Assembly (NCBI GenBank): GCA_964548075.1
Contig: CAZJQQ010000042.1
Span: forward strand, 92-64,091
Direction: 5' to 3'
Length of the DNA: 64,000 bases
Source: an uncultured Clostridia bacterium
GTDB lineage: Bacteria > Acidobacteriota > Blastocatellia > UBA7656
The position numbers and the translations under genes are program-made. The notes below the pieces were generated by a model. That model saw only the letters and a list, made by a program, of their open reading frames with translations. It searched no databases and was not told the DNA's origin. Positions 58,505 to 64,000 of the stretch are shown one piece after another (the first letter of the stretch is position 1; each line of letters starts with the position of its first letter).

Positions 58505-58571
58505 TCAGTGGTCCGCAGCCTTGTACTCCTGTGGCGAGCGACTACGGACTACGGACGACTCAGCCGAAATC

Positions 58572-59258
58572 ATGCCGAACACCCTTCGCATCACCGCCCT
58601 GTTATTCGGTCAGGCTCGCGAGTGGGTCGGATCATCGAACCTCGACCTGACGCTTGAAGCTCCCGCGACCGTCGAAAGCGCCTTCGCCCTGCTTAAGGCC
58701 CGACATCCGAGGCTCGCCGGCATGGAGCGCAGCTTGTTGTTCGCGGTGAATGAGGAATACGCGTCGCCGTCGCATCCTCTCTCGGACGGCGACCGTCTCG
58801 CCGTGCTTCCTCCCGTGAGCGGCGGTGAGAGCAGTGACATATTCGAGATAACCCGCGAGCCTATCGACATCGCGGATCTGCGAGCCCGACTCCTCGAGGG
58901 AGACTCGGGCGCGGTGGTCATTTTTGATGGAGTCGCCCGCAACAATACCAAAAGCCGGCGGACGCTTTACCTTGAATACGAGGGCTACGAGCCGATGGCG
59001 CTTGGGACAATGGAACAGATCGGGCGCGAGGTGCATGAGCGCTGGCCAATCAACCGTGTCGGCATTATCCATCGTCTTGGCCGCATCGACACAACAGAAT
59101 CAAGCGTCGTCATTATCATAACGTCCGCTCATCGCAAGATCGCATTCGAAGCCTGCCATTACGCAATCGATCGTTTGAAGAAGATCGTTCCAATCTGGAA
59201 GAAGGAGTACTTCGAGGATGGAGCGGTTTGGGTGGAGAATTCAGAAGCCTCGATTTAG
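58572..59258 (+). CDS. moaDE: MoaD-MoaE fusion (molybdopterin synthase sulfur-carrier and catalytic subunits)
   Basis: The N-terminal ~85 aa form a ubiquitin-like MoaD ending ...DGDRLAVLPPVSGG. A MoaE-like region follows directly (VIFDGVARNN...LEYEGYEPMA...IIHRLGRI...SAHRKIAFEACHYAIDRLKKIVPIWKKE). Confidence 0.85.
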   Translation: MPNTLRITALLFGQAREWVGSSNLDLTLEAPATVESAFALLKARHPRLAGMERSLLFAVNEEYASPSHPLSDGDRLAVLPPVSGGESSDIFEITREPIDIADLRARLLEGDSGAVVIFDGVARNNTKSRRTLYLEYEGYEPMALGTMEQIGREVHERWPINRVGIIHRLGRIDTTESSVVIIITSAHRKIAFEACHYAIDRLKKIVPIWKKEYFEDGAVWVENSEASI

Positions 59259-59264
59259 GAAACT

Positions 59265-62200
59265 TCAGAACTGCACCTTCAACGCTAATTGAATCGAGCG
59301 CGGGCCGCCAATCTGATAGAGGGGACTAAAGCTTCCGTCGCCTCCTGCGCCGAGTTCGCGTCGCAACATTTTAGTTGACTGGCCGAAAAGTGGGTCACTG
59401 AGCAAACCGGCCGGAGCCCCGAAATTCGGATGATTGAACGCATTGAAGAGATCGGCTCTCAATTGGAGATTGAGCTGTTCGCCCAATGGGAACTTGCGCC
59501 GGAATGAAAAATCCAGTTGAGAGAGAGGAAATCCACGCACGCTATTGCGACCCAATGTTCCCTGCCGACCGACCGGCGGCACAGCGAACGCTTTCGGATT
59601 TAGACGGCTTCCAGCCGCTACGTTAGAGTCATCGACGTAGAGCGGCACTCCGGGAACCAGATCTACGCGAGTCCCGACCGCGGGCACACCAAAAAGGGCG
59701 CGATTAATAATCACCGTTAGCGGCGTGGCCGTGCGTGCTCTGAAGATTGCATCAACGGACCAGTCGCGGAGAAATCTCTGTGCCAAGTGATTCAAAGACA
59801 GCCTGGGAACATCAATAGTGGCAGCGGCGGAGATTGAGTGACGCACATCAAAATCGGATGACCCGCGGTCGATTCTCGGATCAATCTTTGTGGTTGAAAC
59901 ATTGAATGCTGAATCTGCGGAAGCGATATCAATCGAATGTGACCACGTGTATGAAGCGAGGGCTTGTAATCCGCGCGACAAGCGGCGTTGGAACTGGAGC
60001 TGTAGCGCGTCATAATCCGACGTTGCGGCGTTTCTCGTAACCACAACTTGCGTGAAATTCGGATTGGGAAGCGAAGGTCCGCGTAAGACTTCCTTGCGCA
60101 GGAGACGACGACCCGCCGCCCCGACATATGACACCGCCATAGTTTGATTTGAACCGAGAGATCGCTCAGCAGAAACATTCCATTCGTATGTTCGCGGGAG
60201 TTTGAGACTTGGATCGAACACAAAGAGACGACCGTACGGAGGGCTGGGATTGAAATTGACAGGAGGAATCGAAATTTGGTTGAAGTCAAAAGGAAATGTC
60301 TGAAATGTCTGATCTCTGAAGTAGGGGACAGTGACGCCAATGACCGCATTGCCTGTTGGTCCAGTACCGACATCGTAGAATATTCCAAAGCCACCTCGCA
60401 AAACGGTCTCGCGTCCCTTGGCTTGAGAAACCTGATACGCAACACCAATCCGCGGAGCAAAGTTGTCGTAAGTGGTCTTCCACAACGGAGTGCCTATTGG
60501 CGCAAGAGTCATCGTGGCCGGATCGTTCAATCCGCTCACCGTAAAGGCATCGTTCCCACGTCTATCTGTGGGAGGAGTATTCACTTCCCATCGCAACCCG
60601 TAACCAAGCGTCAGCCGCTGCGTCGCTTTCCATGTGTCCTGCGCGTAAGCGGAAAAATTAGTAAACAGAGGAAACCGATCTGCGGCAACCTGAGCGTCGA
60701 CAAATGATGGGCTATTAGAGATCACTGCGTTCGTACTGGCGTAGACTGCAACTACCGCAATTCCAGTCTCGCCGAGCGCCGACGAGTTGGGTGCAAGTCT
60801 ACGATAGTCAATACCGAATTTTAGCTGATGTCTTCCTTTGGTAATCAGAAAGTTATCAACCACGTTCAATTGATGCTGAGAACTTGAGACATCATTTAGG
60901 CCCAGGACGTAACTAACAGGACCCAAACCAAAATTAAATAAAGACTCTCGGTGATTTGCGGAAGGGGGAAACATAACTGAATCTGGAAGTGGAACTCCTC
61001 CCAGGAAATCATCAAGCGAGAAAAACCCTGCCCCGGTGTTCCCGCTGTAATTCACTCGCAGATCGTTGCTGGTTCGCGATGAGATGGCTTGAGTTGACCC
61101 TAGCGTCAGAGTCGTTGCATTAAGCTGATTCGTTTCCAATTGATTCAGCGGGAGGCCTCGCTGAATATTTTCGGAAGGAGCGTAGTTGAAGCGCCCAAAC
61201 AGACTAACTCCATTGCTTACTCTGTGATCGATCCGAATGCTGGTAGCGTTCAGAGTAGATGGGTTCGAATAGCCGGCAAATGATTCCGCGAATCCGTTGC
61301 CCAAGTCTCGACCGTTGGGAATTGGGAACGCGTTGAGAAAAGGTTTGAGCGGGGCTGGTGCGGCGCTACGGACCGCTATCGTCGGAGATGATGTGATTGC
61401 AAATTGTGGTTGACGCAGACGCAAGCCCTCGTACGAAAAGAAGAAGAACGTTCTATTCTTCACGATTGGTCCACCTATGACACCGCCAAAATCGTTTTGT
61501 CGTAAAGCAGGCTTTCGCTGTCCACGGCTATTCGCAAACCAGTCGTTAGCATCGAGCGCATCGTTGCGAAAGTAGTCGAAAACGTCGCCGTGAAACTGAT
61601 TTGTCCCAGAGCGAGTGATAACCGACACCTGAGCGCCCGGCATTCTGCCGAACTCAGCGGCGTAGGTCGAGGTTTGAACGCGGAACTCTTGCAGCGCATC
61701 AACCGACACGAGATTGTTTAAGCCTCCAAGAACATTGAATGTCGGAATAGTTCCTGCAAGGGCCTGATTGGAAACGTTACCCGCATTGGCGCTAACCCCA
61801 TCGACCGTGAAGTAGTTGGCATTAGCGCGTTGTCCGTTGACGCTGAATTGTCCTTGCTCGGCGCCATTGGACCTCGTTAGGACTGTCCCTGGGGTAAGTT
61901 CAATTAAGGAACCAAAGCTTCTCCCGTTGAGCGGCAGGTTCTCTACGAATTGATGATCAACGACCGTGCTCACCGCAGCGGATTCGGTCTGAACAAGGGA
62001 TGCTCCTTCAACTGTGACTGATTCACTGATCTGTCCCACCTTTAATTGAATCTTTAGCGCCACTTGATCATTGACGCGCAGGACGACATTGTTAATTTGA
62101 ACAGTGGCGAATCCTCGTCGTTGGGCTGTGACAACATAGTGACCAGGCGAGAGCAAGGGCATGACGAAGTATCCCGCCTTGTCCGTCATAGTCGCCCTTC

Positions 62201-62465
62201 GTAGCGAGGTCTCGACGTTGGTTACTGTGATATCCACGCCCGAAACTACCGCTCCTTCTGGGTCCAAGACCATGCCGTAAAGTATGGCTGTGGATGATTG
62301 AGCGGATGCGATCGACACCAGCCAGCTAATTGGCGCGCTCTGCCAAAAGCCAGCAAGAACAACGAAAAGAACCACCAAGATCATTGATAGCGGCGAACGC
62401 GTTTTGAGCTTGCGGCTAGCCATTATTCCAACTACCCGTTTCTCGAAGTCTGGAGACATGCGCAA
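59265..62465 (-). CDS. TonB-dependent receptor-like outer-membrane protein with an N-terminal carboxypeptidase-regulatory-like domain
   Basis: Signal peptide. CarboxypepD_reg-like GMVLDPEGAVVSGVDITVTNVETSLRRATMTDKAGYFVMPLLSPGHYVV. Plug-like region (NGRSFGSLIELTPG). Long beta-barrel. C-terminal Phe (LALKVQF). Confidence 0.85.
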   Translation of the reverse strand: MRMSPDFEKRVVGIMASRKLKTRSPLSMILVVLFVVLAGFWQSAPISWLVSIASAQSSTAILYGMVLDPEGAVVSGVDITVTNVETSLRRATMTDKAGYFVMPLLSPGHYVVTAQRRGFATVQINNVVLRVNDQVALKIQLKVGQISESVTVEGASLVQTESAAVSTVVDHQFVENLPLNGRSFGSLIELTPGTVLTRSNGAEQGQFSVNGQRANANYFTVDGVSANAGNVSNQALAGTIPTFNVLGGLNNLVSVDALQEFRVQTSTYAAEFGRMPGAQVSVITRSGTNQFHGDVFDYFRNDALDANDWFANSRGQRKPALRQNDFGGVIGGPIVKNRTFFFFSYEGLRLRQPQFAITSSPTIAVRSAAPAPLKPFLNAFPIPNGRDLGNGFAESFAGYSNPSTLNATSIRIDHRVSNGVSLFGRFNYAPSENIQRGLPLNQLETNQLNATTLTLGSTQAISSRTSNDLRVNYSGNTGAGFFSLDDFLGGVPLPDSVMFPPSANHRESLFNFGLGPVSYVLGLNDVSSSQHQLNVVDNFLITKGRHQLKFGIDYRRLAPNSSALGETGIAVVAVYASTNAVISNSPSFVDAQVAADRFPLFTNFSAYAQDTWKATQRLTLGYGLRWEVNTPPTDRRGNDAFTVSGLNDPATMTLAPIGTPLWKTTYDNFAPRIGVAYQVSQAKGRETVLRGGFGIFYDVGTGPTGNAVIGVTVPYFRDQTFQTFPFDFNQISIPPVNFNPSPPYGRLFVFDPSLKLPRTYEWNVSAERSLGSNQTMAVSYVGAAGRRLLRKEVLRGPSLPNPNFTQVVVTRNAATSDYDALQLQFQRRLSRGLQALASYTWSHSIDIASADSAFNVSTTKIDPRIDRGSSDFDVRHSISAAATIDVPRLSLNHLAQRFLRDWSVDAIFRARTATPLTVIINRALFGVPAVGTRVDLVPGVPLYVDDSNVAAGSRLNPKAFAVPPVGRQGTLGRNSVRGFPLSQLDFSFRRKFPLGEQLNLQLRADLFNAFNHPNFGAPAGLLSDPLFGQSTKMLRRELGAGGDGSFSPLYQIGGPRSIQLALKVQF

Positions 62466-62481
62466 TCCCTCCTTTCACTCG

Positions 62482-64000
62482 TCACCTGAAATCGTTGATC
62501 AGAACGACGTCTCTAGAGTCATGCATCCGCGAGCAGACAAGTTGGCCGTCGCTGGACCAGTCAAAGCCTAAGATCTTTTCGGAAGTGAATTGGGTGAGCT
62601 GCTTTGGTGGGCGGCCGCTGATTGGTTGACTCCAAATGTTTGAGATGTCGACGTAACTGATAGCTTGACCATCAGGTGTCCAGCGCAGCGGAACGATGCT
62701 GGCGCAGCGCACATCAAAGACCTTTGTTGGCAATCCGCCTGTGAGAGGGATTAGCGCTATCTGGAACGGAGAGGTTCTATCCTGCTTGTACCAGCAGGCG
62801 ATTAGCGTTCCGTCAGGAGAGACCGCTGCTCCGCTGGACGGAGTATTCGCTAACAGCATCGGCTCGCCTCCGTCAATCGGCGCCTTCCACAAGGTTTTCT
62901 CTTCGATGCTAGTGTCTACTCCGCCCTTTGAATAAACCACCCAAAGCCCATCCGGCGAAACGGTGGGTTGAACCTCGCCGTCGCCATCGCCATGCGTCAG
63001 TTGAATAGGATTGCTGCCGTCCACGTCCATCCGCCAGATGTGGGAAGCGCCTGATGTGCCACGGTCGGAAGCGAAGACGATGTAGCGGCCATCCGGCGAA
63101 GCCTTCGGCTGGAGGCTCTTACCGGCATTCGCAGTCAGTTGTTTTGGATTCGTTCCGTCCGCATTCACGATCCAGATATCGCGTCCGCCGCTGGTATTTA
63201 CCAGACAGAGAATCCTGCCGTCAGAAGTCCAGGACACAGACCCGGCAAGTTTACGCTCCCCGAACGGGATGGATCTCGTACTAGTGGGATCTCCTTTGGG
63301 CGCAATCCACAGGCTGCTTAGTCGTGCAGACTGAATGGTCACGAGGCTCTTACCGTCAGCAAATAGGCTAACGTCAACGTAGCCTTCGAGATCGTTCGTG
63401 ATCTTGCGCGGCTCCCCGGTTGGATATGGAATGCGCCAGAGTTGTTTAGGAGCCGCATCCGTCTCCATGGCTGACGCGACGAGGCCGCTGCCATCTGACA
63501 GCCAGGCGATGCGGTCGATGGCGCTCCATTTGTAACTGAACTGTTCTTCCTCTGCCGTCGCGACGTGAACGCCGAACACGCTCAGGGTCGTCCCGGACAA
63601 CCCAGCGCACGCAATCAGACTTCCTTCGGGCGACCACGCTGGTGAATAGAGATCTTCGGGTTTCTTCCGCGAGACTAGTACGCGCTCACCAGTGCCATCC
63701 ACGTTCGCCACCAGTAACAACGATGTCTCTTCATCCTGGTATCTTGTAAAAGCGAACTGCTTGCCGTCAGGCGCAAAGCTGATGGGCCGATGCCCGTCCA
63801 CATCTGCGAGTACCTTTGTGGCTTCGCCGCCTCGGGCTGGAATCCTATAAAGCACGTCGTTACTCACGTAAAAGATATCTTCGCCATCTGGTGAGTAGGT
63901 CGGGCAGACAACCTTGTCCGACTGCACAATCTGCTGGCTACTGCTAGTTCCGAGTCGCTTGACCCACAGACCATTCCTTGTGGTGTAGGCGATGTCATGA
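62482..64000 (-). CDS. PD40/TolB-like beta-propeller repeat protein (5' end outside the window)
   Basis: Repeated SPDG-type blades (FAPDGKQFAF, WSPEGSLIA, ASPDGRYIVFASDR, VSPDGLWVVYS, VSPDGTLIACW, WTPDGQAISY, WSSDGQLVC). The frame stays open upstream of the tabulated GTG 63927 to the window edge. Confidence 0.75.
   Translation of the reverse strand, partial: HDIAYTTRNGLWVKRLGTSSSQQIVQSDKVVCPTYSPDGEDIFYVSNDVLYRIPARGGEATKVLADVDGHRPISFAPDGKQFAFTRYQDEETSLLLVANVDGTGERVLVSRKKPEDLYSPAWSPEGSLIACAGLSGTTLSVFGVHVATAEEEQFSYKWSAIDRIAWLSDGSGLVASAMETDAAPKQLWRIPYPTGEPRKITNDLEGYVDVSLFADGKSLVTIQSARLSSLWIAPKGDPTSTRSIPFGERKLAGSVSWTSDGRILCLVNTSGGRDIWIVNADGTNPKQLTANAGKSLQPKASPDGRYIVFASDRGTSGASHIWRMDVDGSNPIQLTHGDGDGEVQPTVSPDGLWVVYSKGGVDTSIEEKTLWKAPIDGGEPMLLANTPSSGAAVSPDGTLIACWYKQDRTSPFQIALIPLTGGLPTKVFDVRCASIVPLRWTPDGQAISYVDISNIWSQPISGRPPKQLTQFTSEKILGFDWSSDGQLVCSRMHDSRDVVLINDFR

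Overview
This 64-kb window looks like a chromosomal segment from a soil-type Gram-negative bacterium. Hand counts of single 60-nt lines give about 60% G+C, with several pockets near 48-55%. The gene content suggests Acidobacteriota: TPR-fused Ser/Thr kinases, an ECF sigma factor paired with a kinase, three CadC-like wHTH-TM-TPR regulators, a TonB-dependent receptor with a carboxypeptidase-regulatory-like domain, PD40 propellers and a BNR/sortilin-like protein. That taxonomic call is inference only.

Housekeeping and metabolic genes:
- DUF485 (YjcH-like) protein with the acetate symporter ActP
- HSL-family esterase and an acyl-CoA synthetase
- PQQ propeller protein with a cytochrome c domain, and a five-heme cytochrome c
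- amidohydrolase and a class-III aminotransferase
- sirtuin, a double-cyclophilin PPIase, Trx2-type thioredoxin and a VanX-like dipeptidase
- DinB-family protein and a JAMM peptidase next to a MoaD-MoaE fusion

Accessory material is scattered among them:
- A decayed type I R-M locus: truncated, frameshifted hsdR fused to an hsdM tail, and a frameshifted hsdS. Only the embedded DUF1016/YhcG nuclease gene is intact.
- An AbiEii-like nucleotidyltransferase pair.
- A PIN nuclease preceded by an uncharacterised gene of about 370 aa.
- An XRE regulator with a secreted JAB-like protein.
- Several small conserved-looking ORF pairs and several pseudogenes.
- An operon encoding a secreted repeat fibre with a phage-type S74 chaperone domain plus a C25 (gingipain-like) peptidase. 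It is divergent from the ECF sigma/kinase pair.

The most unusual DNA-level signal is a population of intergenic and partly intragenic palindromes. Three of them share one architecture: tandem 7-mers, a 24-31-nt loop, then the complementary 7-mers. Others are perfect 31- and 43-bp inverted repeats, and two sets show compensatory changes between copies.

No rRNA, tRNA, CRISPR array, transposase or integrase was recognised. All family assignments come from motif recognition by eye. No searches were run.
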